From the NCBI GenBank assembly GCA_003344405.1, contig NOWV01000150.1:124001-187199 (forward strand): a stretch of DNA of 63,199 nt, in the 5' to 3' direction. Shown piece by piece: positions 36,901-51,349 of this stretch; position 1 is the stretch's first letter; every line of letters begins with the position of its first letter. The notes beneath the pieces are model-generated. The model was not told where the DNA came from and made no database searches. It worked only from the letters and a program-made list of their open reading frames with translations. The stretch is from Trichoplax sp. H2 (lineage: Eukaryota). The translations under genes were made by a program, and so were the position numbers.

Positions 36901-39900
36901 ATATTCTGTGGAGTATAGGCTTGAGTTGTAGCATAGAATATCTAATTTTGGCTAAAGACTTATATTCAACCCCTTCGATTTCAAATGCTATTAGAATTTT
37001 TTATTTTTCGTCGTACCTTGGCATGTAAATCCATCCCCAATATATCCTTTTCTACATCGGCAAATATACGAACTGCTTGTATCAATGCATACAGCGTTCT
37101 CATCGCAACCATGAATTTCAGCTTTACACTCATCAACAGCTGAAATAAGATAAATAAGTTATACCTGTCATCAATTTAAATGTCACTACGTCGGATTACT
37201 ATCTACACAGATCCTAAGCATTGATATGCCACTTTCCTGAATGTAGAATTAAACTACGTGGCACTGTATTTGCTTTGAAAAGGCTACAGATGTCAGAACT
37301 GGCATGATAAGAAGTTCATACAGTTTCCATAACTATGGTACGAGAGATACAAGGTAATCTCCTTATCAGGTGGATTACGTAATATCAAAATACTTTAAAT
37401 CTGATCTAAATCTATAACTCACGCTTAATCATATTATATTAGTACTACCAGTAAAGTTCCTGTTCAAATGAACGGGTATATGTTATATTCTACGCAAAGA
37501 AAGATATTGAAAGGAAATTTACAGCCAGATTATTTCTTACTACTGTGTATATGCTTTCTCTAGTTTATGACGTGCTTTTTTGGTATTTTGCTATAATACC
37601 AAGATATTGCCTACTGTAACTATGGTATACTGTAGAGTTAGTATTGCTTATCCTTGTTGCTTCATTCCTCTGAATACATAAAAATTGTAACTTACTAGTT
37701 TTTCCCTATAATAAAATCAAGATACGGCGAAATTGGGGCAAGCATTAGTGCTATTGATAACATGCTAGGTGGAATAAAAACGGACTCTAAATTAGCGCTC
37801 GATAACAATTAGCAATAACAGAATTTCTTCATAAATGAAATCTGCATATATTTACTGGGCTTGTTAGCGGAATACCACTGTAACTTTAGTACTTGTATGA
37901 TATCGATAATATTAAGAAATTTTACTAGCATACCTGTATTACAGCCAATACTAACATCTTCATTGTGGATACAGTAAGTTTGTCTCAAATAGGAATGAGG
38001 ACATTGTGCTATATCTTGTTCATAGCCAACACATTTGATATCAGTTAACCAATCATGCCATTTCCGGAGCCATAAAATGCGTTCTTTCTAATAAAGATTG
38101 CTCCACTTGGAAAACCTAATTGTTTACATATCATATCAGCAGAAGTAATGGTAAATCCTCGTTGGCAAACAGTTCCCCAGATGCTATCATATTTGATTAT
38201 TAAGACGTCCTATGGAAAGATCACCACCAACTAGTCTGGCTTCCACATTACGGGCTTTATTGAGAAAATCGTGGTAGATTAGTTAGCTATTAGGGCGCAA
38301 AGGTCTGAATATGTATATGTGATTTACGATTATAGCAAGATACGCCAACGTCTTCCAAATGTGAACAATCATGGAAACCCCACCTATTATGATCACAGTT
38401 TGCCAAAGCTGATTCATTTCCACTACATGCGACGTTATCAAGCCAGATTGGTCCAGTTCCTTTTCCATAAGAGTGCATATAATAATTCGCACGTACGAAT
38501 CCAATTGTTGACAAACTACTTTGGCATCGGCATTTTGAAATTGGTCATCACAGACAGTACCCCAAACATTGTTATGATAAATTTCGACGCATCCTGTTGA
38601 GAAAGTGAAAGTATTGCCGGTGGCAGGTGTACCAGCAAGACGAATGTCGCCCTCCTTCGGTACGATATTTGCTGTAAAGACCAATTAAAAGCAAAATTAG
38701 ATATCTTGCCGTGAAATATAATAATACTACCGACAATACTTAATAATTATATTCCGAGGTAGTTTGATATTGAATCGGTAAATTAAAAAAATTCAGATTA
38801 TTATTATCGTAGTATTATGGCTTACTTCAAAGCTAATTTACATTTAAAATGGTTATCGATTGGTACGTAATGCCTATAACAAGATCATCTGCTTTAGACT
38901 TTGTTTCAACGTCCTTAGCTGGTTATCAGATTATAGAGATACATGGATGAGCAAATCTACCTCATAATTTTAAAGCGATGTAACTGTAAAACTGATTATT
39001 TATTAGCTAGTAGATTTTAGATTGGAGCACTTATAATATCGTCAGCTGAAACTATTACAAACCGGTAGTCTTCGTAACTATACTTTATTGTAAAACAATA
39101 CAGTATCTTTTTATCTTATCGATGCACTGTATCGATAGCTAATTGACCCGGTTATAAGCAACAGTACTAATCTAATATTAATCAGCATCGTTAATGGATT
39201 TTAGGGTTACTGAAATATGCGATAATTCATAAAGCTCAACAAAATTTTGTATGCTTGGTTATTGTGTTAGATATAAGTAATGCGGCAAAAATATTACACT
39301 TACCGCATCGATCAGATTTTACCGAAATATCGTATATCGCTTGTAGATTGAAAGTGACGAGTTCCGATAAAAAGAAGCTAGAAATTATGTGAAATAAGTA
39401 ATGTAGCTCAAATATTAAATATTCGAATCGTAAATGTTTACATTCTCTAAGATTTATTAGTCTTTGAAAAATGTAACAGTTCTAGTTAATACTCTCAAAA
39501 GGTTACCAAGGAGTGCAGAAAATCGGGGAATTGTGATACTATGCCCTGTGAAGCCCAGGCGAGAAGTTAATGTTAACATGGTACCATCGCTGCCCGCTGT
39601 TGCCAGAAAGTGTATAAATTCTATTTGAATAGCCAAATAGGGATAGATCGCCAATTCCCTCCCCATATCTGTTGTAACAAAATGTATGGCAGAATATGTT
39701 AAATGCATAGATAGAAGGACTTGCGATAATAAATTGATATCCGGTCGGTTTTCCCGATGCTTCGGTGTATAGATAATAACCTGTGCGCATCAAATACGAT
39801 ATGCTGTTAGCTGACGTACTGAATATTTCGTGTATATATATTAATATTGAAGTCACTAATTTATTTCTAACTAAGAAAAAGTATTCAACTTGGACACTTA

Positions 39901-42267
39901 AAATTTATTTTATAGTAGCAACGAGAAAACTGAAGTAATCTTCTAGCTAAAAATGCAAATTAAATGAAGACCCGATGGCATCGTCAATTTTATTTGTAGC
40001 ATTTATGTAATTTTGTCAGCAAGCTCACAAATTTACTGTGTGGTATAGTAATAGTTACGCTATAGATATTTCAGTCACGGTGACGTTTAATCATATATAC
40101 TGCAGTAAAGCATTCGACGAAATTTTCAAAACAATTATATACGTTTTACTTTATGCTGTTTAGATTTGATGATAAAGTAGTACAAACCTGCTGGAGTGCC
40201 TAAAGTATGATCATTATTTGGACCAGTATTGGAAGTTGGTGTTTTTCCTTTATTTCTAGTCCAACGGACCCTGTTGCTAGTGCCATTTGCTGGATTTTGC
40301 CATTTGCAAATGCTCATTTCGAAATTACAACTTAAAGCAGTTGTATTCACTACGGTACAAAAGGTGTAATTAGCGTAAAGTATTCTTCACATTGATTATG
40401 AGCAATAACTCTAAATACATTTGTCGTATCCTGACATGTGTTACTTAGTGTATAAGATATTCTAAGTGTATCACATCAGCTAAGCTGGTAAATTTAAATA
40501 AAAATGAAAAGATGAAAATGCTTTTGTTATACTAATTTTCTCTACCTGAGTTTGCAACAGCTTCGTTATGTCGTCGTTTGCATCATAAATATTAAACCTT
40601 TATGAAAATGAAATTATTTATTTTGCAAAGAAGGATATATGGCTTCTAAATTGTTGCCAAATACTGCTGAATTAAATATTTAACATTTTTCACAATAATT
40701 GTCAATTAGAGTAAGAGATATTAACAGCTTACAGTCTTGGCAGTATCTGCCGGCAATAATTGGAGGGCAGCTACATTGAATTGCATTGGTTGCCTGGTTA
40801 GCTGTGCAGACGCCATTAGTAAGACAGGTAGTAGATGTGCAGTATTCTCCTATGGCAATAAAGACAGGATAAAATGTGAAGCGATTGATGTAATTATTTA
40901 TTTATGATTGATTAATATTCTACAATCTCTAGCTAAAGCGTTAAATTTGTGGTGATAACAAATTTAGTACGGTAATAGACATCGATTTTTGAAGTATTAG
41001 ATATGACATCTTAGTATACACTGTATAGTTACCGTACATTTACTTCAGGGATTACTTTTATTTACTGATACTTTATGCTGTCATTTTAATTGTAGCATAA
41101 CAACTTTTAATTGCATCTTAATTAATGCATTAGACTTTCAAAGTCTACCTTCTGCTTGAGTAACTATTGATCTAGTATAATCACTACGAGTATTTACGAG
41201 TCAATAGTAATCGCATGTACTCGTAATCGAGTATTTAAATTCATAAGTACGTATATTACAGCGTTTTCCAGTATATGTTGGAGCGCAATCACATTTGTAA
41301 GTGCTATTTTGAATGGTACAGTTGCTACCGAAGCAAGGATTTTTATAGCAAGGATCACCCTCTAAAAATAAATAGATGATCAAGAGGGATAAATTAAAGC
41401 TGCAAGATTAATATAGTTTTAATGATCCACCTTAAAGAGATTTATTAGCATTTTACTCTGTAAAATATTAGGTTGTATTGTAAAAGCATGTTTCTTTCAT
41501 AAACTACCGTATTACTTAAATTCGTTACTTATTGTAGTATTTCCAGCTGATTTAGGTACGGCATCATTAAGAAGTAATCTTGTGTCACGTTAGAGATTCG
41601 CTCAATTTTAATAACTCAGACTTTGAGTTAGACGTTTGCGAGCCTAAGGGGTTATAAAACCTAAACACTACACTTATATAGGTATAGTAAAGCCCATAAT
41701 TACGGTTGCTTAACATAAAAATGAGAATTTGATATTTGTATGGCCGAAAAGCATTCTATATTACTCGATAAATATCGTAAAACAATAGTATTTCATCATT
41801 TCAAAATACTGTTATCACAGATTATGGAAATATCTTCGTCATGATTGCAGCTAGTTTTTCCCGAATAGGAATGAGGACATGTAGCAACATTACTTTCATC
41901 GCCTCTGCAGGAAACATGAGAGAGCCAGACTTTACCTCTCTCCAGGCCATAGTAATTTCCATTAAGAAAGTTTACTGCGGCGTTCATAAATCCTAACTGT
42001 TTACAGATAACATCGGCGGATTCTATGGTAAAGCCTTTTTGGCAGATTGTACCCCAAGTGTTATTATAATGAACTTCAATACGCCCAAACGAATACTCAT
42101 CCCCGTCAGCTATTCGAACCGAAACGCTGGTTGCTAGACGTGGTCACAGAATTGCAAAATCAGTAAACTTAGCAATAGGGACTTGTTTCATTGTACCATC
42201 TAAAATAAATATAGCAGAATTGGAAGATTTTATCATTTAATCACACACCATCATGGCATGTTACACT

Positions 42268-43902
42268 CATTATGTTCTCTATCGCGACCCTAATTCCTAG
42301 ACATTACCAGTCTATCATACATAACATCCTCCTTCCTCAGAAACAAAACATATTTATTTTTTATATCAATAAATTGTATTCACTGCACCTAAGCTTAACA
42401 TTCAAAGGTCTTGTCTGACTGAATACATTCCGTGCCAGCCTATTAATTAATTATTAAATTACTCTAATACATAGTCCTCGAGTTCCTTGGTAACTTTGTA
42501 TTACGACCCGATCTCGTGCTCGGTCTTCTGGTTACTGATGCTGACGTTTCTTGTCCTTTGTTGTCAGTTATATTCTGACTTTGCTCCGTTTCCCTTTCCG
42601 AAAAACTATCTATTAGTTCCTCTGTGACCGCGTAGTCATGATTTGGTACTTTCCTAATATGCTTTCGGTTACGTCTATAAATAACACCATCTAGTGATTG
42701 CAGTATATACGATCGAGGTGAATTATGTAACTTTAGTACCCTAGCACGTATCCATGCGCCTTTAAGCCGCATGACTACTTAGTCTCCTTCTTTCAGAAGC
42801 GACAAATCTCTGCCACTGCGACGATCGTAGTATCTTTTAGATAGCTCTTGTCTTTTCTTAAGCATCAATGGGATGTTTAAATTATGTGCTATAGGAAGTA
42901 ATACTTTTGCAGTAGCCGGTAGGAAAGCTTTTAATCTTCTTCCCAGAAACATTTGAGCTGGAGATCGTCCTATATCTAGAGGAGTATTTCTATAGTCTAG
43001 TATTGCTCGATGTGGATCTTTGTTTTTTCGTAGGATGTTCTTTACAGTCTGCACTGTTCTTTCCGCTTGTCCGTTACCTTGCGGGTAATTTGGGCTACTT
43101 GAAGTATGTTTGAATCCATACTGTTCCATAAAGCGTCTAAAGTTCTCTGAATTAAATTGCGGCCCATTATCACTGACGATCTCGTTCTGTATTCCATATC
43201 TAGAAAACAAACCCTTCGGGCATGTTATCGTCGCTTCGCTATTTAGGCTTTCGAGTCGTAGGAATTCCGGTCATTTAGAATAATAGTCGATGACTAATAA
43301 AAAATGTCTTCCTTGAAACTCAAATAAATCTACACCTAATTTAGACCATGGTCTCTCGGGCATTTGAGGCATTATCATTGGCTCTCTGGCCGGCATCTTT
43401 TGATATTGAGCACATATATGACACGACTTCACCAAGTTTTCCATGTCTAGTGACATCCCTCTCACAGTATATCTCTTGACATACTTTTGCACTTAACTAT
43501 ACCCTGATGTGAATGATGAATAATTTCCAACATGCGCTTTTGTAACGCTCTTACTCTTTGAAAATAATTTGCATCCCAATTCATTCTCGGGCAATTTCCC
43601 ATAACCCCTTCCATATTCTTTTACTTCTGACACCACGTTATGTTCTCTATCGCGACCCTAGGTCAATCATGCGATACTCGGTTAGACACAGCAAAGTAGC
43701 CTGATGCGTGGAGTACACTTCTTTATTCTGGTTTGCGTTTCCCACAAGTGATATATATATATTACATACGTAATTAGTAAATTACTAGTGAACGTATTGA
43801 TACAGTTACGATATTAGTATCATACGGTTATCTTATCAGCTAGGCAGCTATGCAATTTATCAGCCCTAATTCCTAGACATTACCAATCTATCATACATAA
43901 CA
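42268..43902 (-). mobile_element. Internally deleted Ty3/Gypsy LTR retrotransposon inserted in an SRCR exon
   Basis: 5' LTR 43636-43902 (ends ...ACATAACA, with TATA-like and AATAAA on the minus strand). PBS TGGTGTCAGAAGT (tRNA-Leu type) at 43623-43635. Integrase ORF remnants 43271-43492, 42779-43210 (IVSDNGPQF...YPQGNGQAERTVQTVK) and 42464-42772. PPT GAGGAAGGAGGA at 42327-42338, shortened 3' LTR 42268-42326, and a 5-bp TSD ACACT at 42263-42267 and 43903-43907. Confidence 0.93.
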
Positions 43903-45069
43903 ACACTAATATCCTCGGAATGAGCGCAGTTATGATTTCCCCAGCCATTATTGGTACAATTCATTAGGGAAGGCTCAGTGCCGAGGCAACTAATATCACC
44001 TAACCAAATTTGTCCGGTTCCTGCTCCGTAGATATTACCAAAAGTAATTACTCCTAGGAAACCTAATTGTTTGCAGACGACTTCTGCATTGGTATAAGTA
44101 GATCCATCATCGCATACAGTTCCAAACATCGCTGTGGTAGATTTCAACTCTTCCTGAAAAGTAATTCGAACCACCAACTAAGCGAATTGTACCTTCTCTG
44201 GCTGTTGCGATACGAAATTAATATCAGCATATCAATAACAGGCGATCTTTCTGACCTAGGTAGCGTTAGTGTGATCACTCATCTTCAATTTAAGTTTGAA
44301 TTTAATAAACACATCGGGCATGCATACTACGTTACAATACTTTAGCAATGCAATAAAACTATTAAAAACAGCATAACAATTATAATGTAATTCATTACAT
44401 GGAGCATAAATTTAAATTTTATTCGGTATGATGCGCAAAATACGGTACGATAGTCAATAATACTAAATTGTTGGATTATCATTCAATGTACGGATAACTG
44501 TAGAGAAAATCTTAAGTTTTAGAGATGATTTTGAACAAATGTATTGACTGGTATGGGAAGCACTGATACCTCGAAATTTCAGGTTATACGAAGAAAATTT
44601 AAGCGGTATGCTCCAGCATGTCTATTAATTTACTTATATTATAATTTTGTGGGTATTGTTCTTTAATACCTTCAGGTTGGAATTCAGAAGTTGCTGCTAG
44701 ATTCAATTATTTGACAATATAAAAATTAAGAAATCGAAAGTCATTAATTCATACTTCCAAATAGACCCTAGTGAACACTAATTTCACATACTCTGATATC
44801 AAATGCAGTGGCATATCGCTTTTACAGTAAGAAGAATATAATTATACTATACAAAATGCGGTATACAAAAACAGATAGTCTGAGTTTATGATACCATCAA
44901 TGATTAACTCTCCTATGTCCTTCTCTGATAATATAACAACTTACAATAGGGTTCTAGTGAGCTTGATATATCATCAATTTGTAATGTCACCGGTAAAACT
45001 GGTTCCAGCAACTCCTACAAACCTTATCTAATGCAATTAATATGTGATATTAAACGAGCACTGCTATTC

Positions 45070-47970
45070 TTATGATTTAGTACCATACGCAGACAAGTTA
45101 CTACTAGAAATGACACCAATCAATTGATTTTGGCTAATGTCAGTATTTCGTTTAAAAACGATATAGCAATCCATAATATTACTTCCTGCTCGGAATCCCG
45201 TAACTACTAATCTTTCAAGATTTTCCTTTGTTGCCATTGATGAGTTGAATGTAGCTGTTAAGGCAGATGTAACTTGCTGCTTGAGCACGCGATATGCTGT
45301 ACTGCTGGGATTATTTAATTCTGGTTTGAATGTCCTAGTCAGTCTTAGATTTCCAGAAAAGACCTTCCCACGTTGGCAATGTAAATCAGATTGAAGTTGA
45401 GTTTCTGGCACGGTGGTATCAGAATAATACCCGATCCTACAACTGCAACAGAAGTTGTACTCAAAAATCATGCAATTTGCTTTGTTATTGCAGTTAGTAT
45501 CACCTGTGCTTGTACCAATTTTTCGTGCAATTTAAGCCGTCACCGAAATAATCTGATGCACTTTGACGGTTAAATGATCCAGGCACATTAATACACTGAG
45601 CATTTTTATGACAATGATGCTGATTACTCGTGCACTCATTAATATCGTTGCATTCAATCAAGGTATCACCAAAGTAGCCACTATTACATTGGCAGTAATG
45701 AGATCCGTAAGTATTAAAGCAATGTGAATTTTTTCACTGTATTCATTAACGTCCTCACAAGTGTAGCCATAACCATCGTCACCGTTGTTGCAAGTGCATG
45801 TATATGATCCAATAGCATTACTACAAATTGCATTGACAGAACAGGCATGAATATTAGCATGGTATTCATTTATATCGCCATAAGTTATTCTTTTGCCTGA
45901 GTATTCATGATCACATTGGCATACGTATGATCCAATAGTGTTATCGAAGGTAGCGTTATAAGAGCACCGGCGTATTCCTGTGAAGCATTCATCAACATGG
46001 TTGCAAGTTTTACCGTTACCTGAATAGCGAAAAGCCTTGCTTGCATTGGCAAGTATAAGAGCTAATAGTGTTAGAACAATTAGCATTTGGATTGCATTCT
46101 TTGCTTATCAGGCATTCATTGATATCTTCGCAAATAAATCCATCTCCAGAATAACCTATATTACATAAACAACTATATGATCCATTGTTGTTATTGCAGT
46201 AAGCATCGACGGGACAATTGTGACCATTTGAAGAGCATTCTTTGATATCAGTACAGGTCGACCCATTACTGAAGTAGCCCTGTTTACATATACAAGTGTA
46301 AGAGCCATTACTGTTTAAACAATTAGCATTCGCGTCACAGCGATTACTGGTAGAGTATTCATTGATATCTTGACATGCAAATCCGTTTCCCGTGTAGCCT
46401 CCATCACATATACAATTATAAGATCCATGAATATTATTACAGGTGACTTATTACAGGTGGCTTTTGCGCAAGAAATGTGATTACCCCACAATACATTCAT
46501 TGATATCTACGTACGATCTACCATTACCGGTATAACCATGTCTGTAATAGCAAATATAAGAACCAATATTATTAGTACAGTTGACATTGAGATCACATTG
46601 ATTATAATCATTTGTGGTACACTCATCTACATCTTTACAAGTAAATCTGTTCCCTGTATAGCCAGTATTGCATATACGAGTATATGTATAAGATCCGTTA
46701 ATAGTACCACACGAAGCATTTATAGAACATGAATGAATACTAGTAGCACATTTATTTATATCTGAGCATGATCTACCGCTGCCAATATATCCATTTTTAT
46801 GTCGGCAATTATAAGATCCAACATTGTTGGTACAGTCGGCATTGGAGTCACATTGGTTACTGAAGGTACACTCATCGATATATCCTGATATACAAAGCCA
46901 TTTCCAGTATAGCCTGTATAGCAGTTGCAGGTGTCAGACCCGTTCTTGTTTAAGCAATCAGAAACAACTAAGCATGAATGGTTACCGTAAAGGCATTCAT
47001 TAACATCATTGAATGTTGTTCCATTGCCATGAAAGCTTTGCTTGCATATACAAATATGTGAACCATCAGTATTCATACAATCCGCATTATCACTACATGA
47101 GTTACTAGTAATACATTCATTGATATCTTGGCATCTATATCCATCTCCAGCATAGCCTGGCATACAGGTGCATGTATATGACCCATTCCTATTAAAGCAG
47201 TAAGAATTGCTTGAATACATACATATTGGTATCTGTTAAGCATTCATTAATTTTCGAGCTAGTTGTTCCATTAGCTTAACATAGCTTGATGATTGCACTA
47301 TATAAACTAGTACTACGATAAAGAAGGAGAAGGAGATGTGACAGTATACGTCATTGTATGTACATTCGTATGGTTCATAGTATTAGATGTGTTGCTTATG
47401 ACTTGGTACGCTTTAAATATGAATACTGTATTAAAGTATTAGGGATAAATAGTCATTATGATAACGTTTGATATACAACATATATAATCACTGGATAAGA
47501 GACCAGCTGCGACAGATGTACATGTATGAGCAAGGAGTAGGACAGGCTCTTAAATAAAGACTTACCTAAAACCGTTACAGAGTTATTGCCAAAAAAGTTG
47601 TCGGATGTTATCACTAAGTATCGGCATAAAATTTGTATTAGTGGAAATCGCTAGCCACTTATTTGGCCTTTAGGATAAGTAAATAGAGAATCAGTTGCAT
47701 TGATCATCCATAACTGACCAAAATTATAATATATATCTAAGATTCCGTGGAATTAATATCTATATAGCTTCCATCTGGTCGCTCAAAATCATCTTTCATA
47801 TTGTTTTTCCAAGTATATAGTAATCCTGCTGTGGTACCTTTAATTTCCTCGGGCCCATTAAATGCCACAGTCAGTATCTAGGTTAACAAAGTCACTTCGA
47901 CAGATAATCCTGATGCTATTGGATGCTTTAGCTACTTCTACGTTGGTAAATGTATGATCTCCATTCTCAG
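45070..47970 (-). pseudogene. Paralogue D relic: vWD fragments, decayed cbEGF array and SEA domain
   Basis: 47580-47970 reads vWD-like text ([39 protein letters not shown]). Frameshifted EGF ORFs lie at 46756-47220, 46315-46500 and 45658-46086, and the SEA ORF 45070-45471 has GFRAGSNI. No TM exon or upstream exons were seen. Confidence 0.85.
47320..47579 (+). mobile_element. PPT plus probable 3' LTR of a second, unrelated LTR element inside paralogue D
   Basis: The purine tract AAAGAAGGAGAAGGAGA directly precedes TGTGACAG (47337). The segment has TATATAAT (47481) and AATAAA (47553) and ends GTTACA (47579), exactly where the vWD relic resumes. Confidence 0.55.
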
Positions 47971-48138
47971 ACCGGTAGGCACTAGTGTATTACTGATAGC
48001 ATTGATACATGATGGAACGTATTGGAAATACCAGGTAAGCATATTACAGTACAGTGTACTGTATGGTACTCGCAGGAAATTTCAACTTATTTCTCACTTG
48101 CAATCTATCGTATTTTTCTAAGATAATCTACGGACAAT

Positions 48139-48305
48139 CTACAGCATCTTTAATTGCTTGTGCACATATAAATTATGTAAATGGGTCAGATAATTTCAGT
48201 ATCTTTAATTGTATGCGCACAGTACGGTAAATTATGTAAACTAGTCATATAAATAGGTAAGATAAGCTACAGCATCTTTAATTGCATACGGACACGTAAA
48301 TGGGC
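48139..48305. repeat. Three degenerate ~57-72-bp tandem copies (cagcatctttaattgc...gtaaatggg)
   Basis: The motif atctttaattg recurs three times, each followed by taaattatgtaaa or gtaaatggg. Confidence 0.7.
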
Positions 48306-48499
48306 ATCGAATACCTATATTGCACGAAAGGAAAATATTATGAGCACGATTAAACCGTATTTTATTGAGATTCTGACAAACACCTCAAAACAATTTGAGG
48401 TATATTTGAAATGAAACAATGAATTACGTCGCCAATATACATCTATACATCATTAGACTGTATAAACAAGGTTGAACGAACATGGCATATTTTTGATAC

Positions 48500-48880
48500 T
48501 GGTACTTGAATAGACGTATCACTGTTTACCTATGCAATTCCCAATATCAAACAAATAAAGTACGTAAGAACGATGGGAAAACTTCTCAACCAATATGCTG
48601 TATATAATAATAATCGGACATAAATATTAAAATATTGAATAGACCTATTACAATCTACCCTATGCAGCTCAAACATCAAGCAAATAAAGAAAGTATAAAA
48701 TTATGAGGAAGTTTCTCAGCCAACATAAACCGACATACTATATTTATTTATTAATAACTGTACAGTATACGCGTATACTGTAAGTGTTAAAATATTAAGT
48801 AGACTTGTTACAGTGTACCCAATGGGTCAAAAATATCAAATAAGGTTATAGAATAATGAGAAAACCTCTCAACAAACAGA
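48500..48880. repeat. Three degenerate ~130-160-bp tandem copies
   Basis: ttgaatagac...tacc(c)tatgca...atcaa..aaataaag...atg.gaaaacttctcaacc recurs at about 48506, 48634 and 48794. Confidence 0.65.
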
Positions 48881-48887
48881 AGTATCT

Positions 48888-49200
48888 CTAATGATATACG
48901 TTAGAGCATGTTCTGCGTGGATGATATTTACTCCTACATCTAATCTTAGCCATGAAACGTTTACATCTATTCTTACTGCAGGCTATTTGCAAGAGCATTT
49001 AAAAAGATCCTGACCTTTGTAAAGAGAATCTTTTCGGGAAGCTCCAAGTATAAGACTTCGAGATTAGCGATAAAGAGCAAATTATACACGTGCATTTAAG
49101 CGAAGTCTAAACTTTGAACAGTACAAATGAAAGATTAGTTCTGAGCTCGCAAAGATCTACATCGCGATAGACTAACAATATTCTTTAGCGATCTAGGTAC
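48888..49200 (-). pseudogene. C-terminal Cys-rich remnant of a KRBA2/SCAND3-like (Ginger-type) transposase
   Basis: The minus strand reads ASRKDSLYKGQDLFKCSCK, then after a frameshift ACSKNRCKRFMAKIRCRSKYHPRRTCSN*. This fits the GQG..KCxC..C.xNRCxC...CxSxCH...C.N tail pattern of this family. Confidence 0.55.
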
Positions 49201-51349
49201 ATATATCAGCCTCACTTCAAGAGACAGTGTACAAAATGTCGAGCGCTAACCCGTAAATAAGTTAATAATTCACTGCAGCTAGTGTCAAAATTTCAAGTGT
49301 TTCTCAATGAATCTATTACAATAATCAGCTCTAGATACTGACAGAGCTGTAAGAAGGTTTTCTATTAAGTGGCTTTCTTTCAGGAACGAAGTGAATCAGT
49401 TTTATATTTCAGTTTATGTACGGTAGCAAAAGATTTAGGAGTAAGTTCTTAAATCCAGATCACGATAATGAAATAGTAATCTATCCATAGTAAACGAACA
49501 CAAAAACCAGATCAAGATTGCTGACACGTTATATGAAACATAAGGCATTTAATTCACTGAATAATGTCTTATATCTGAAAATGTAGCATATCTACTACAG
49601 CAATGAAAAGTCACTAATAAGATAAAATGTATCTAACATAATTATTTCAAAATTCTAAGTAAAACTTCAATTTTACTGGATTAAATTGCATTTAGTCAAT
49701 AAATTTGATGAAATATGGATACTTGTATACTTTCTATTATAATAAAAATGACAACTAACTGAATTGAAGCAGTCATTTCAGCTCTCATAGATCACTTTCA
49801 CGGAAATTACTATTACGTAAATTGTAAATTCTAACAGTGCACTTCTGGTTTTCAGTAGGACCCTATCCTACTAGACACTTCATTAGAATTTCTACTAAGT
49901 AATCAACATATAATTATAATATTACAATAATTATAGATGACCCAACTTATCAATAAATATGGCTGATAAAATGATAACCATTAACAAGTTTCATCTGGTA
50001 CTGGTAAAAATGAATCCCTCCAAATTAACTACAATTAATCTGTGCACCTAAATTAAAAGAATGCATAACCATCATAAAATTATAATTACATTGTTTACTT
50101 ATTTAAACCAGAATATATCTTACAACGCCTGAAATTCATTAAACAATAGCCAAGCAATCATTTACGAGTAATTGCGATTTTGAGGTAATAATTTATTAAT
50201 TCTCTGTAACAAATCAATGCATGTCGGAAGCCTTATTCAAAGCCAGAAAGATAGATTCTGGTGTTTTAGCAAGAAATGACATTTAGTATGGATACCTATC
50301 AAAATTTAACGCTCCGTTTTATAAGGCTTATACAAATTTTAGAAATGTTAATGATTTGGTAACCAGTGATTGTAACAACCAAAACGGTATCCAATTATAA
50401 TACGCGTGTGCTTAGTTTACCATCAAACCGTGGATACATTCATATTTTTTAGGCTGCGAATTACATTTTTTGACAACGCGACCTGATGTATAGAGCTGTA
50501 CAATGTACATTCTCCGCTCATGGTGCCTATCAGTTCTGGACTGTAGTGTATGACAGCTCATTTATTATATTATGCAACTGTGAATTATTATGTCCTATTT
50601 CATACCGTGCACCTCTAATTAAGAGTTTAAAGAGGGATTTTATGCCACAATTAAGACAATACACGACCGTACAATGCCAAGCGATAATTTACGACATCTA
50701 AGCCTTGTTGCATCAGTAATCATCAAACTGATAAAAAATAATAAATGTTGTAATAGCATATGGTATCAGTGACCATCATTATACTGAGTATCCTGCGAGT
50801 TGCACCAAATAGTCTTGCGAGAACAAATCATAACATCACAGAGATTTTATTTTGTTTTATTTATTTATTCAGTAAGATAGAAACTGGATTACCAACACTC
50901 ATTCAGTTAGGCTGCAATATCATTATAGACTAAGTGTGGGTAATATAGGCTACAGATATCAATATAATAAAAATCCGAGAAAGACATATTAATCCTGCTA
51001 GCAGTATCCTTATTATTTCATTCAGATTTGAAACTATGAAATAGCATGAAGATTAAATCTAATAAAATTTCAAAACGTGGATTAATTTGAAGTGATAATA
51101 AAGATCTAACAACTTACGATACGATATATATCCATATAAAATTAGAGTCGTCGTGTTTCCACGTTCGTTACGAGAGCTTTTATACGAGTATTATTGAAGA
51201 TATCATGGCTACCAAAAGTTTATTGAGCCAATTATTTATTACGTATTGAAGCGTAGTACATCTCAAGAATTTAACTTGCTATGCTACATGTACGGTAGAA
51301 TCTATGTTATGTTATTTATATAATTAAAAAGACTAAAAATTATAATGAA

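Larger units (their letters stand above)
30046..44201 (-). pseudogene. Paralogue C: SRCR-SRCR-EGF-EGF-MAM-SRCR-SRCR-EGF3-NIDO-AMOP-vWD-EGF(~14)-SEA-EGF3-TM, disrupted
   Basis: Exons: SRCR 43903-44201 plus 42249-42267 (split by the LTR element, frameshifted), SRCR 41810-42133, EGF 41251-41361 and 40733-40849, MAM 40188-40349, 39545-39780 and 39304-39377, SRCR 38328-38671 and 37934-38254 (both frameshifted), EGF 37017-37139, ~36750-36872 and 36464-36586, NIDO start 36130-36257. The giant exon 30046-35967 is broken into ORFs 35215-35760, 33671-35293, 33219-33530 and 30046-33237. Confidence 0.85.
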
